Positions 47,193 through 57,223 of a stretch of DNA of 64,000 nucleotides are shown here, piece after piece (position 1 is the first letter of the stretch; each line of letters starts with the position of its first letter). Position numbers and translations under genes: made by a program. The stretch is taken from positions 6,932-70,931 of the forward strand of contig JAMPHT010000002.1 of assembly GCA_023663285.1 (NCBI GenBank), in the 5' to 3' direction. The notes below the pieces were generated by a model, which did not search any database, was not told the origin of the DNA, and was given only the letters and a program-made list of their open reading frames with translations. The DNA comes from Bacillota bacterium. GTDB lineage: Bacteria; Bacillota; Clostridia; Lachnospirales; Lachnospiraceae.

Positions 47193-48425
47193 TTATCGAC
47201 CTGCAGCCGCTGCCCCTGCCAGACTGCCGCTGCACCAGGCCCAATGCAGATTATAACCGCCGCACCTTCCGTCCACGTCCAGTATCTCCCCCGCAAAGAA
47301 CACGCCGGGAGCCTTTCTCGATTCCAGCCTTTCCGTCAGCTCATTCAAGGGCACTCCCCCCGCGCACACCTGGGCATTTTCAAAGGGATTGCTGCCTGTC
47401 ACACACACCTTAAGCTCCCTGCACAGCTCGTACACCCGCCGTATTTTTTTGATATCCGCCTGGGCCGCAGGCTCTGAAGGTCTTAGGCCCGCCAGCCTGA
47501 TAAGCAGCGTCATCAGCTTTTTATGCAGCATCCCGGTAAAATACTGCTCCACGGTGCCGCAGACTTCAATGGGCAGCCGCGTCCCCATCAGCTTCTCCGA
47601 AAAGCCTTCTTTTTCCTCCTCCGGGAAAAAATCTATTTTCAGCGCCACTTCCCGTTTTTCCCGCAATATGTAATTTATCCTGCCGCTCATCTGAAAGACC
47701 GGGATACCTGAGATCCCATAGTCCGTAAGCTGCAGCTCCCCCCGCTCGGACACTGCCCCCGCCCCGGCATCCTCCAGAAGGATCTCCGCGTCGGCCCTGA
47801 CCCCCGCAACGGAAGGGAGCCAATCCTCCCGGCATCTTAACTGCACCAGCGCCGGCACCACCGGCACCAGGCTGTGGCCCAGCATCTTGGCCAGGCGGTA
47901 TCCGCTGCCGTCAGACCCGGTATTCGGCGCTGCCCTGCCTCCACAGGCTAAGATCACTCTGTCAAAGGGAAATGTCTCACCGCTGCTTTCCAGCAAAATG
48001 CAGTTTTTCCCCTCGTCACGCCGGATACCTTCCACCCTGCACCCGGTCCTGACCCTGATCCCAGACTCCCTGTCCAGTGCAAACCGCAGGGCGTCCAGCA
48101 CGGAGGACGCCTGTTCGCTGACAGGATACAAGCCGCCGTTTTTTACCTTTGTCAGCAGCCCTAAGGTCCGGAAAAATTCTATGGTGTCATTTGCGCCAAA
48201 CTGCTCCAGCCAGCCCTTAAGACGCTCCGGACTGTCGGTAGAGTACATCTTAGGGCTTACGTTTATGTTGCCCAGATTACATTTGCCGTTTCCCGTAGAC
48301 AGGATCTTCTTTCCAACCCTGTCGTTTCCCTCCAGCACCGTCACTTCCGCCCCGTTCCTGGCCGCCAGGATTGCCGCCGTCATTCCCGCGGCGCCCCCTC
48401 CCACAATTCCGATCGTTCTACGCAT
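47193..48425 (-). CDS. HI0933/BaiN/YhiN family flavoprotein
   Basis: GGGAAG, GKKILSTGNGKCN, TGSDGSG, GEILDVDGRCGGYNL. Confidence 0.92.
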   Translation of the reverse strand: MRRTIGIVGGGAAGMTAAILAARNGAEVTVLEGNDRVGKKILSTGNGKCNLGNINVSPKMYSTDSPERLKGWLEQFGANDTIEFFRTLGLLTKVKNGGLYPVSEQASSVLDALRFALDRESGIRVRTGCRVEGIRRDEGKNCILLESSGETFPFDRVILACGGRAAPNTGSDGSGYRLAKMLGHSLVPVVPALVQLRCREDWLPSVAGVRADAEILLEDAGAGAVSERGELQLTDYGISGIPVFQMSGRINYILREKREVALKIDFFPEEEKEGFSEKLMGTRLPIEVCGTVEQYFTGMLHKKLMTLLIRLAGLRPSEPAAQADIKKIRRVYELCRELKVCVTGSNPFENAQVCAGGVPLNELTERLESRKAPGVFFAGEILDVDGRCGGYNLHWAWCSGSLAGAAAAGR

Positions 48426-48448
48426 ATTTACGCCCTCCTTTGCAGTGT

Positions 48449-48477
48449 TTGACAGGAGTGAAAAAATCTGCTACAAT
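48449..48477 (+). promoter_or_regulatory. sigmaA promoter (extended -10) driving a short non-coding transcript
   Basis: TTGACA-17-TACAAT with TG. Confidence 0.75.
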
Positions 48478-48483
48478 AAAAGC

Positions 48484-48573
48484 ATGAAAAGAGGTACTGC
48501 CGATAGACGGTCAGTCCAAAGCTAAATTACCAAAAAAGTAACCGTATCCTTGGCTGGGGGCGGTTACTTTTTT
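48484..48573 (+). ncRNA. Putative ~90-nt antitoxin sRNA
   Basis: Own promoter; ends in terminator GTAACCG..CGGTTAC-TTTTTT that overlaps the 3' end of the small toxin ORF on the opposite strand. Confidence 0.65.
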
Positions 48574-48656
48574 GTATGTTCTATGTAAGCTATCAGGATC
48601 GACACAATGATTCCAAGAATCATCAGCACGATTGTCAGCAACTCATAGTCACTCAT
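48564..48656 (-). CDS. 30-aa hydrophobic peptide, type I toxin-like
   Basis: MSDYELLTIVLMILGIIVSILIAYIEHTKK; RBS AAGGGGGG; single TM with a basic tail. Confidence 0.75.
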   Translation of the reverse strand: MSDYELLTIVLMILGIIVSILIAYIEHTKK

Positions 48657-48758
48657 AAAGCAATCCCCCCTTTCCCGGCTTACCCGTAGTCAGAGGGACC
48701 GTCCCCTCTGCTGAGAAGGACTGACCGCCTACCCGTTATGGCAGTACCCCATAAATAT

Positions 48759-48787
48759 ATTCTAACAGAAAACACCAAATGATACAA
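48759..48787 (-). promoter_or_regulatory. sigmaA promoter (extended -10) of the small toxin mRNA
   Basis: TTGTAT-17-TAGAAT with TG. Confidence 0.65.
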
Positions 48788-48840
48788 GGCCACTCGGCAG
48801 TTTTTGACATTATCTAACAGGGCGCATAAAGCCCCTGTCC

Positions 48841-49554
48841 TCACGAGGAATGGGCCTCCAGAAAATCATACAGCCCCGCCTCATCCTCGATAAACATCAT
48901 ATCAATGATCTGCTCCTGCTCCTCCTCCGGCAGCTCCTCCAGCCTGATATTCGTCTCTATATAGACCGTTTCCCTGTCCTCTAAGAGCACCACCACCTGA
49001 TTGTCGTACACCGCAAGATAAAAGCTGTCGGTGGGCAGGACAACGCGGTAATTCATCTGGACCACCACCCTTTCTCTGGAAAAGGCCAGCACCTCCAGGC
49101 TCACAAAGCCCCGCTGCATCTCCGAAAGCGGCGGAAATGCCTCATATTCTTTCATGGCAGTGATAAACTGTTCCCTGTTCATTCCCACATACTTATCCGG
49201 CAGACGCCAGGTAGTCTCCACCACCGTGTCCCGGTAAATATCCCGCTCCTCAAGCACATACTTTGTCTCCACATTCAGAGTCTCGGAAGCGTTTGTCACC
49301 TCAAGATAGATCTCATCCTGCTCCGTGGGCTCCTGCGCCCTCTCATAGTCCAGGCTATTCCCCATGGGCTCCGAGGATTCCACCGCCGGCCGGCCCTGTT
49401 CGTTTTCCTCCGGCTCCGAAGGATTCTGCCCCTCCTCCGGCTGGTAATATAACCGCTCGTAACGATCGGTAAACTGAACGCCCGCATAGAAGCCGATCAC
49501 CAGCATAAATATGGGATAGATAAAAAATAAGAAGATACCTTTTACAAATTTCAC
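48841..49554 (-). CDS. BofC C-terminal domain protein
   Basis: N-terminal TM; C-terminal FYLAVYDNQVVV..T.I.LEELP..LYDFLEAHSS. Confidence 0.75.
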   Translation of the reverse strand: MKFVKGIFLFFIYPIFMLVIGFYAGVQFTDRYERLYYQPEEGQNPSEPEENEQGRPAVESSEPMGNSLDYERAQEPTEQDEIYLEVTNASETLNVETKYVLEERDIYRDTVVETTWRLPDKYVGMNREQFITAMKEYEAFPPLSEMQRGFVSLEVLAFSRERVVVQMNYRVVLPTDSFYLAVYDNQVVVLLEDRETVYIETNIRLEELPEEEQEQIIDMMFIEDEAGLYDFLEAHSS

Positions 49555-49640
49555 GCCAAACCTCCCTATCAGAGCAGTTTCTGCGATGACACCTTTTTGT
49601 AATCAGTATCAACTATTTTCCACTATTTATACATCCGTTC

Positions 49641-51251
49641 TCAAAACACCCGAAGCATCTGTCCCAGGGCGTTCAACAGCTTTCCCCCCGGAATCATTTC
49701 CAGCTCCTGCTCCCTGAAATTGCGGAGCAGCAAAAGCCCTGCCCAGTACAAAGCGGCGCTTAAAATAAAGCACACCAGCAGCGCCACAAGATTCCCCAAA
49801 TGAGGCGTAAGCACTCTTGCAAGCAGCATACCCGCAAGCCCGGCAACAAGGGCCGCCGCCACCGGAACTACCAGCACGTGAAGCCAGTCCATCCTCTGGC
49901 GGAAGGCGCGGTAAGCAAGCGTTCCAAGCACGATGCAGAGTACGCCGCCGGCAATCAGCCCGGCATAAACAAGGGAAAGTATCCCCGCCTTTCCGCCGCC
50001 AAGCAGAACGGATACCGCTACCACATAAATGACATCCGCTGCCGCTGCCGCTCCCATGACGATATACTTTTTCCCTGTCAGGATCAGTATCCTGGCAAAA
50101 TACAGTGACAGCGCCGCCAGAGGCACAATGAGCGCGCCTCCCTTCAGCAGCCTGATCCCCAGCGCCGCCTGTTCTCCGCAGGAGACTGCGCCTAACTGTT
50201 CCGCCATGGTGATGGCGCACACGGCAAGGAACGCCCCGTGGACAACGCCGATATGTACCCCTGACTGGAATGCATTTCTGGCAAACCTGGATTCATTCCT
50301 GCGCAGCAGACTTACCGTATTTGCGCACACCGGAATCAAAAACAACAGGATCAGGCTCACTGCGATCCCGCAGACCATACAAAAGCCCCCGGCAAAAACG
50401 CCATATTCCACAGCAGCTCCATCGCTGCTCTCTCCTGCTTTCTGCCAGAACATCATCCCCAGCGGTACAAAAAGCACCGCAAGCAGCTGCAGACCCACCT
50501 GCCAGCCTCTGTTCCCGCAAAGGATCCTGACGCTGTCAGCAATAGAATCCGTGGCCCGCATTCCATCCTGAATGACCCGTTTTCTTCTCCTGCTGCTCAG
50601 CCTGTACAGCAGAAGCAGAAGAAGCACGATAAGTACCTCGGTCAGCGTCACCGCTATGGCCACTCCAAGCCCGCCATACATGGATGCAAAATTCTCATGG
50701 GCCAGCAGCCGGCTCACCTTATCCCCGTAATCAACCAGCATCCTGCTGAACAGAACGCTGAACCCCAGGATCAGAAGCTGCCTTAAGATATCTGCCGCCG
50801 CTGCCGGAAGCTCCGCCCCTTCTCCTCTGCAATATCCTGCCAGGACCGACGACAGAGAACGCAGGAACACCGCCGGGGCCAAAATCATAAGAATTGCGGA
50901 GCTGTACTGTGTCCGAAACAGCTTTACCGAAATGCCTTCCGCCCCAAACAGCAGCACTGCCGTTCCCAGCCCTCCCAGAGCAGCCTGAAAAATGAAAGCG
51001 TTTCTGCGCATGGCCCCGGCGTTCCGGTACTGACCCTTGGACCCCCTAAGCCGCAGTATCCTGCCCAGAGCGCCGGAAACACCGCCGCTGACTGCGATAC
51101 CAAAAAAGGCATAAGCCTCCGCCGCCGCTGCCACATAGGCTACGCCGTTATATCCTGCCAAACGCGCAATCACCCCAAGGGTAATAAATGCCAACACTGC
51201 CGCGATCGCCTGTGCCTGCCTTCTCTTTACCTCCGCCTGATTCATCCTCAC
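49641..51251 (-). CDS. SpoVB/MurJ-like polysaccharide flippase
   Basis: Many TM segments, MOP-family pattern; C-terminal ELEMIPGGKLL typical of SpoVB-like proteins. Confidence 0.7.
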   Translation of the reverse strand: MRMNQAEVKRRQAQAIAAVLAFITLGVIARLAGYNGVAYVAAAAEAYAFFGIAVSGGVSGALGRILRLRGSKGQYRNAGAMRRNAFIFQAALGGLGTAVLLFGAEGISVKLFRTQYSSAILMILAPAVFLRSLSSVLAGYCRGEGAELPAAAADILRQLLILGFSVLFSRMLVDYGDKVSRLLAHENFASMYGGLGVAIAVTLTEVLIVLLLLLLYRLSSRRRKRVIQDGMRATDSIADSVRILCGNRGWQVGLQLLAVLFVPLGMMFWQKAGESSDGAAVEYGVFAGGFCMVCGIAVSLILLFLIPVCANTVSLLRRNESRFARNAFQSGVHIGVVHGAFLAVCAITMAEQLGAVSCGEQAALGIRLLKGGALIVPLAALSLYFARILILTGKKYIVMGAAAAADVIYVVAVSVLLGGGKAGILSLVYAGLIAGGVLCIVLGTLAYRAFRQRMDWLHVLVVPVAAALVAGLAGMLLARVLTPHLGNLVALLVCFILSAALYWAGLLLLRNFREQELEMIPGGKLLNALGQMLRVF

Positions 51252-51274
51252 GTCCCTCTACGCATACCAATGAA

Positions 51275-51772
51275 TTATCTTCTGATCCCAAGCTGTTCCA
51301 GTACCTTTTCCTGCTTTTTCTCCATTCTCTCCGCAGCCTGCTCTTCCACATGATCGTATCCGCACAGATGGAACATACTGTGAGCCACCAGAAACGCAAA
51401 CTCCCTCCGCAGGCTGTGTCCGTATTCCAACGCCTGCTGTCTCACCTTATCTGCGGAAATCATAATGTCTCCCAGGATCAATTCTCCCGTATCCGGGTCA
51501 AAATAATCCGCTTCCCTGTCCTCATCGATCCGGAAAAAACCTTCCTGCTCAAAGTCCACATTGGGAAAGGAGAGCACGTCCGTCTCTCGGTCGATCCCCC
51601 TGCTTTCTCTGTTCATCTCGCGGATTCCTTCATTATCGGTGATCACCAGCGTTACCTGCGCCTCATAAGGGCACTGCTCCTCTTCAAGGACCGCACGGCA
51701 CACAGCCGCCGCCGTCTCCTCCGCATCAAAGGGAAAGTTCTCTTCCGTCTCGCATTCAACGTAAAAAGTCAT
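51275..51772 (-). CDS. ybeY: rRNA maturation RNase YbeY
   Basis: TDVLSFP, LGDIMIS, HSMFHLCGYDH. Confidence 0.96.
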   Translation of the reverse strand: MTFYVECETEENFPFDAEETAAAVCRAVLEEEQCPYEAQVTLVITDNEGIREMNRESRGIDRETDVLSFPNVDFEQEGFFRIDEDREADYFDPDTGELILGDIMISADKVRQQALEYGHSLRREFAFLVAHSMFHLCGYDHVEEQAAERMEKKQEKVLEQLGIRR

Positions 51773-52934
51773 AATAGAGCTTTTCCTCCTTGAATATCTG
51801 CTGCATTGTCTTAAGCTCCCCCAGCGATATGTCGCACTTGTCAAAAATCTTATTCCGAAACAGCTTATTGAAAATATCGTCTATCAGCCGGTCGATATCC
51901 ACCTGTCCCGGCTCCCCGCTTTCGATTGCAGCCTTCACGGAAGTAACCACCATGTCCGAGCAGTACAGGACCGCCGTTTCCTTCTTCTTCATGCCCTCCT
52001 GCCTGTTCCTGTAATCCAGCAGGATCTCCTTTGCGTTGGGCGGAAACTGCTCGTCCTCCAGCATCTGTGTCAGTTCTCCCCCCAGACGGTAATAATATCC
52101 CGCGCTTTTCAACGCTTCCACCTGCAGGCCCAGACGCTGCCCGATACGCTCACAGAAATAGGTGGTGTGGACACAGTGCATATATTCGTCTCTGTCCCTT
52201 TCCCGCATTCTGGCGATCACAGGATTTTCCGAATCAATGATATCCAGATATTTCTCCCGGTGACGATAGACCACCGTGGAGGAAAACATCTTCAGACAGC
52301 CTAACAGTAGCACGCCGCTGACGATCATATTGACTGTGGGAATCACAAACATTTCAAAATCAGGTCTTGCGTTTGCCACCAGGACCACATTTGCCGTCTC
52401 GCAGACAAGTAAACATAGCATGGATAAAAATAAGGGGATCCCTATTTTAAAATCCTCTCCCAGATGGCGGAACAATGTCACTGCAAAAACGCCGCTGACA
52501 AAATACAGCGCAAAGCCGCCTGCATCACCGCCGCCAAGCAAAACCGGGATCAACAGCAGAGCCGTGGCGGACAAAAGTCCCACACTCATATTGCTGAAAA
52601 GTGAAAACATGATAAAAACCGGCAGAAAAGGCCAGCCCGCCACCGGCAGAAAGCCACAGGCAAACGCCACTGCAAGTCCGATCCCCAGACACAGGAAAAA
52701 ACGGAAAATATGCTCCCCATTATCATAATCAAGACTGTCATGCACATACTCCCTGCGAAGGTGAAAGCAGATGACCGCAAGAATCAGAAGCATCATGACA
52801 CAATTCCCCAACAGCCTGTCCTCCTGCTGCTGCCTGATCCTGCCAAGCGCCCCCATTCCAAAAGTTCCCGCTATGATAATTGCCCCTTCGGCAAGAAAAA
52901 ATTTCCAGCCGGCTTTTCTTTTATTTTCTTCCAT
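51756..52934 (-). CDS. 7TM-HD (PgpH/YqfF-like) membrane protein with degenerate HD domain
   Basis: Between phoH and ybeY; multi-TM domain followed by HD-like region (ENPVI, KETAVLYCSD, FDKCDISLGEL). Start could also be 52955. Confidence 0.7.
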   Translation of the reverse strand: MEENKRKAGWKFFLAEGAIIIAGTFGMGALGRIRQQQEDRLLGNCVMMLLILAVICFHLRREYVHDSLDYDNGEHIFRFFLCLGIGLAVAFACGFLPVAGWPFLPVFIMFSLFSNMSVGLLSATALLLIPVLLGGGDAGGFALYFVSGVFAVTLFRHLGEDFKIGIPLFLSMLCLLVCETANVVLVANARPDFEMFVIPTVNMIVSGVLLLGCLKMFSSTVVYRHREKYLDIIDSENPVIARMRERDRDEYMHCVHTTYFCERIGQRLGLQVEALKSAGYYYRLGGELTQMLEDEQFPPNAKEILLDYRNRQEGMKKKETAVLYCSDMVVTSVKAAIESGEPGQVDIDRLIDDIFNKLFRNKIFDKCDISLGELKTMQQIFKEEKLYYDFLR

Positions 52935-53943
52935 GCTTTTCTCTGCTTCTGCCATGCTCAGAAGAACCGCTGCTCCTGCGTGACAGTTCCTTCACCTCGT
53001 AGTCTTCGTATGCTTTTACGATCTTCTGTACAAGAGGATGCCGCACCACATCCCGGCTGGTCAGATTGCAAAATGCAATATCGTCGATCTTTTCCAGCAC
53101 CTTTGCCGCCACATCAAGCCCCGATCTTGTACCGGGGGCAAGATCCTTCTGGGAGGCGTCGCCTGTGACCACCACCTTTGAACCGAACCCGATCCTGGTG
53201 AGAAACATTTTCATCTGGGCAGGCGTAGTATTCTGGGCCTCGTCCAGAATAATATAGGCGTTATCCAGGGTCCTGCCTCTCATATAGGCCAGGGGTGCCA
53301 CCTCGATCAGCCCCTTTTCCATGTTTTTTGCAAAGCTCTCCGCCCCCATGATCTGGTACAGTGCATCATAGAGGGGTCTTAAGTAAGGGTCCACCTTACT
53401 CTGCAGATCTCCCGGCAGGAATCCCAGCTTCTCCCCTGCCTCTATGGCAGGCCTTGTCAGAATGATCCTGCCCACCTCGTCGTTTTTAAAGGCCGTGATG
53501 GCCATAGCCATGGCAAGGTATGTCTTTCCCGTCCCTGCAGGCCCCAGCCCGAACACGATCATATTTTTCCGAATGGCATCCACATATGCCTTCTGCCCCA
53601 GGGTCTTTGGCTTGACCGGTTTCCCGTTTACCGTGTGGCAGATACAGTCGGAGTCGATCTCCGAAATCACATTTTCCTTTTCTTCCATCCCCAACGTAAT
53701 GGCGTAATCTACGCTCTGCTCCTCTATTTCGTTTCCCCTGTCGGAAAGAATGGCCAGCTGCTGCAGCACTCCCGCAGCCCTTTTCACCATATCTTCCCTT
53801 CCGGTGATCGTCACCGAGCCGTTTCTGTCAACGACCGAAACTCCGAAGTCACGTTCCAGCTTTTTCACATACGCATCCTGCATACCGAATATCTTCCGCA
53901 TATGTTCCGCCGGCATATCAAGCCTGATAGAACACTCACTCAT
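52921..53943 (-). CDS. phoH: PhoH-like ATPase
   Basis: GPAGTGKT, RPAIEAGEKLGFLPG, YMRGRTL, DEAQN. Confidence 0.95.
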   Translation of the reverse strand: MSECSIRLDMPAEHMRKIFGMQDAYVKKLERDFGVSVVDRNGSVTITGREDMVKRAAGVLQQLAILSDRGNEIEEQSVDYAITLGMEEKENVISEIDSDCICHTVNGKPVKPKTLGQKAYVDAIRKNMIVFGLGPAGTGKTYLAMAMAITAFKNDEVGRIILTRPAIEAGEKLGFLPGDLQSKVDPYLRPLYDALYQIMGAESFAKNMEKGLIEVAPLAYMRGRTLDNAYIILDEAQNTTPAQMKMFLTRIGFGSKVVVTGDASQKDLAPGTRSGLDVAAKVLEKIDDIAFCNLTSRDVVRHPLVQKIVKAYEDYEVKELSRRSSGSSEHGRSREKHGRK

Positions 53944-55165
53944 CCGCTTCTGTTTCTCCGATTATGATTTTTTCAACGGCAACGCTGTCCCCCACCGGCT
54001 CCTGCACCAGAAACAGCCCGGAAAGGACCCAGAAATTGTCGCCTGATTCTATTTTAACATCTTTTTCAATAATTTGTACCCCTTTTTCCTCTAAACTTGC
54101 AAGAAATGTGATCAATTTTTCTGAAAGCTGCTCTTCCGCCTCTTCCCTGGAGTATTTATATTCCACATCCATGTACTCTCTGTAAGTGCAGGAGCCCATG
54201 TAGACCGGTATGGAAAGCTTTTCAAAAATAAGCGGCCTGCTCTCCCTGATCACGCTGTCATAAACCAGAAAGGGGCGATCCTGGGGCAGCTTCATCTGAT
54301 TATTTCCCAGCCTCAGATAATGAGTGGTTTTCTCCCTGCCGGTATACTCTTTTTTTATGTAATCCAAGGGCAGTCTTTCGGAAAACTCCCTTGTATGCTC
54401 CAGAATGATATCCGCGTCCGCATCCACATAAATATACTCCCGTACCGTGGTATCATCATTATACACAGGCACGCGCCCTTCCACAAGTACCGTTCCCGCT
54501 TCGATGGTGTCCCCCGCAGCCACCATTGGCACGCCGCTCCTCACGATAATGGAAACCACCGTTCCCCCGGATGAGGACACAAGATTGCTTCCCACTTTTG
54601 TTTTCTCCTGCTGTGTAATAACAGGCGCGTCATTCTCCTTGATGTCGATCAGCAGCCTGGTACCGGACAGTCTGGCGGAGGCCCATGTCACCTCTGAGAA
54701 GCTTCTGCGGATCTCCTTTTCCAGGTTCTCAATGTCCAGCTCCCCTTTCTTCATTCCCACGATCACTTCATTTTCCTTTAAAAAGCTCTGAAACATATCA
54801 TCCGTGATTCGATAATTGCCTGAAAGCTCAATATCCCAGATAAACAGAGAGGACCACATCCAGAAGGCGACGGCAAACAAAAGTCCCCCTACAAAAACCT
54901 TCCGCTTCAACAGCTTGGGCAGAAAAAAAGGCAGCCCATATCGTTCCAATATGGCCACCCTGGTTCCTGTCTTTCTGACAATGGGGCGCAGCGCCCGAAA
55001 GCCCTTCAGGTTGATATTCATATAATAGACGTCCCCTTCCCTGACGATCTTCCAGAGAAGGATACCTTTATTACTGCACAGATTCATGAAACGCTCCGGC
55101 GAGAATCCGCTGACGCGGATGCGCAGATAGCCCCTGACATATTTAAAAAATTCTATCATATCCAA
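53936..55165 (-). CDS. yqfD: Sporulation protein YqfD
   Basis: ERFMNLC, GLPF, FIWDIE..GN; yqfC-yqfD-phoH synteny. Confidence 0.9.
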   Translation of the reverse strand: MDMIEFFKYVRGYLRIRVSGFSPERFMNLCSNKGILLWKIVREGDVYYMNINLKGFRALRPIVRKTGTRVAILERYGLPFFLPKLLKRKVFVGGLLFAVAFWMWSSLFIWDIELSGNYRITDDMFQSFLKENEVIVGMKKGELDIENLEKEIRRSFSEVTWASARLSGTRLLIDIKENDAPVITQQEKTKVGSNLVSSSGGTVVSIIVRSGVPMVAAGDTIEAGTVLVEGRVPVYNDDTTVREYIYVDADADIILEHTREFSERLPLDYIKKEYTGREKTTHYLRLGNNQMKLPQDRPFLVYDSVIRESRPLIFEKLSIPVYMGSCTYREYMDVEYKYSREEAEEQLSEKLITFLASLEEKGVQIIEKDVKIESGDNFWVLSGLFLVQEPVGDSVAVEKIIIGETEADE

Positions 55166-55256
55166 CCTCTTCCCAAAAAATCACCCAACCTGCCGCAGGC
55201 AGCGCCACGACCCTGCAGCGCTCAGAGCAGCGTTTCTGCCCTTAGGCCGCTGCGTC

Positions 55257-55547
55257 CTATATAAATTTGACACAGGCAATACAGCCGCTGAGCTTCATGT
55301 CCTCATTGGTGTAATAATCGATAGAAAGGCAGGTCCCCTCAAAGCAGACCCTGCAGGTCTTGCCCTGAAGCAGGATCAGATTCTCCGTGTACTCCAATAT
55401 CCCCCTGTAATTTTCGATCCATGCCTCCTTATTTCCTGTCAGGGTCACCTTCATAGCCCCCATACAAATGTCCTTGGGCAGCTTCAGAGATTCTACCAAG
55501 GATTCTTTTTTCTGACTGCTGTTGCTTTTACCGTCTCTCTTCTTCAT
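55257..55547 (-). CDS. yqfC: YabP/YqfC family sporulation protein
   Basis: LPKD..G..IENYRGILEYT. Confidence 0.88.
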   Translation of the reverse strand: MKKRDGKSNSSQKKESLVESLKLPKDICMGAMKVTLTGNKEAWIENYRGILEYTENLILLQGKTCRVCFEGTCLSIDYYTNEDMKLSGCIACVKFI

Positions 55548-55606
55548 ACTCCCATTATATTATCCGGGTTTTCAAACTATGCCTGCGCTCGATAAGCGGC
55601 GCTTCC

Positions 55607-56911
55607 TCATTCGATGATCTCCCTGATGAGGGGTCTTTTTTCCGGCGGTTCCGCCGTTATGGCACAGGCCGCCAGGAACCTTCGCTCCGCCTCCGCCGCC
55701 TTTGCTTCCTCATTTGCATGGATCACTGCCAACGGTTCTCCTGCCCTCACGGCGTCTCCCACCTTTTTACACAGAACCAGTCCCACAGAAAGATCTATTT
55801 TACTCTCCTTGGTCTCCCGTCCGCCCCCCAGGATCAGGGAACAGATCCCAATCTCATCACAGATGAGCCGACTGACATAACCGTCAGAAGGAGAAACTAT
55901 ATTTTTTTGTATGTGAGCTGCGGGAAGCTGTTCCGGATGATAAATGACATTGATGTCACCTCCCTGAGCCTCTACAAACTCCGCCATTTTTTTCAAGGCG
56001 CTTCCGTCCGCGATCACCTGCTCCAGCAGCAGTCGCGCCGCCTCCGTATCCTTCGCTCTTCCTCCCGCCGTTAGCATCTGACTGCCCAGTGTCAGGCAAA
56101 GCTCCAGAAAGTCCTTCGGTCCCCGGCCCATCAGGGTATCAATGGCCTCCCTTACCTCCAGGGCATTTCCCACGGCAAAGCCCAGGGGCTGATCCATATC
56201 TGAGATAACAGCAATGGTCTTTCTGCCCGCACCCTTTCCGATCATTACCATTTCCTCCGCAAGAGCTTTTGCGTCCTCCTCCTTTTTCATGAAAGCGCCG
56301 CTGCCGGTCTTTACATCCAGCACGATAGCGTCTGCTCCTGCCGCCAGCTTTTTACTCATAATGGAACTGGCGATCAGAGACATATTGTCCACCGTGGCCG
56401 TCACGTCCCGTAGGGCATACAGCTTCCTGTCCGCCGGGGCAAGATCGGCAGTCTGTCCCATCAGGGCAATGCCGATGCTGTTCACGTTATGGATAAACTG
56501 CTCCGCCGTCAGCGCAGTGGTGAAGCCCGGAAAGCTTTCCAGCTTGTCAATGGTCCCGCCGGTGTGTCCCAGCCCCCTGCCGCTCATCTTCGCCACCGGG
56601 ATCCCACAGGCCGCCACCATGGGCGTCAATGCCAGGGAGGTCTTGTCCCCCACGCCCCCGGTGCTGTGCTTATCGACCTTAATGCCCCTTATGGCGGACA
56701 GATCCAGCATTTCCCCGCTGCGGGCCATTGCCATGGTAAGCTCACAGGTCTCCGCATCCGTCATTTTCTGAAAATAGATCGCCATCATCAACGCCGACGC
56801 CTGATAATCGGGAATGGTCCCCTCCGTGTAGCCCTTCACAAAGAAATGGATCTCCTCCGGGGTCAGCTCGCCCCCGTTTCGCTTTTTCATAATGATGTCA
56901 TACATTCTCAT
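55607..56911 (-). CDS. pdp: Pyrimidine-nucleoside phosphorylase
   Basis: [36 protein letters not shown]; start ATG 56911. Confidence 0.97.
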   Translation of the reverse strand: MRMYDIIMKKRNGGELTPEEIHFFVKGYTEGTIPDYQASALMMAIYFQKMTDAETCELTMAMARSGEMLDLSAIRGIKVDKHSTGGVGDKTSLALTPMVAACGIPVAKMSGRGLGHTGGTIDKLESFPGFTTALTAEQFIHNVNSIGIALMGQTADLAPADRKLYALRDVTATVDNMSLIASSIMSKKLAAGADAIVLDVKTGSGAFMKKEEDAKALAEEMVMIGKGAGRKTIAVISDMDQPLGFAVGNALEVREAIDTLMGRGPKDFLELCLTLGSQMLTAGGRAKDTEAARLLLEQVIADGSALKKMAEFVEAQGGDINVIYHPEQLPAAHIQKNIVSPSDGYVSRLICDEIGICSLILGGGRETKESKIDLSVGLVLCKKVGDAVRAGEPLAVIHANEEAKAAEAERRFLAACAITAEPPEKRPLIREIIE

Positions 56912-56960
56912 AGCGTCGTTCCTCCCCTGTGCCTGTCCGCTTTTTGCTGTTATTTCATGT

Positions 56961-57185
56961 CCGCTTCCAAGTGGCAAAATGCCACTTTGGGGCGGTACGT
57001 CACTTTGCGCTTAGATTTTCCTTTGCACTTATTTCCACACTCGAAAGCCCGCGCTGACGCGCTTCCCTGCCTGCTGACGCAGGCGCTTTCTCGTTATATA
57101 GCCATGCTTCCTTCGGAAGCAGGGAAAATCAAATGCCGCTTCCAAGTGGCAAAATGCCACTTTGCGCTTAGATTTTCCTTTGCAC
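56961..57185. repeat. Multi-hairpin element bounded by a ~50-bp direct repeat in the pdp leader
   Basis: ccgcttccaagtggcaaaatgccactttg + cgcttagattttcctttgcac at 56961-57028 (with an 18-nt insert) and at 57136-57185. Confidence 0.85.
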
Positions 57186-57187
57186 AC

Positions 57188-57216
57188 ATTATATCATAGA
57201 TCCTCGGAGCGGTAAA
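57188..57216 (-). promoter_or_regulatory. Candidate sigmaA promoter (extended -10) for pdp
   Basis: TTTACC-17-TATAAT with TG. Confidence 0.6.
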
Positions 57217-57223
57217 TGTGGTT

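Noticed and set aside
47193-48425. HI0933-family gene as bile-acid baiN
   Set aside because: The family is ubiquitous and also includes rRNA-modifying members; no bai operon genes are adjacent.
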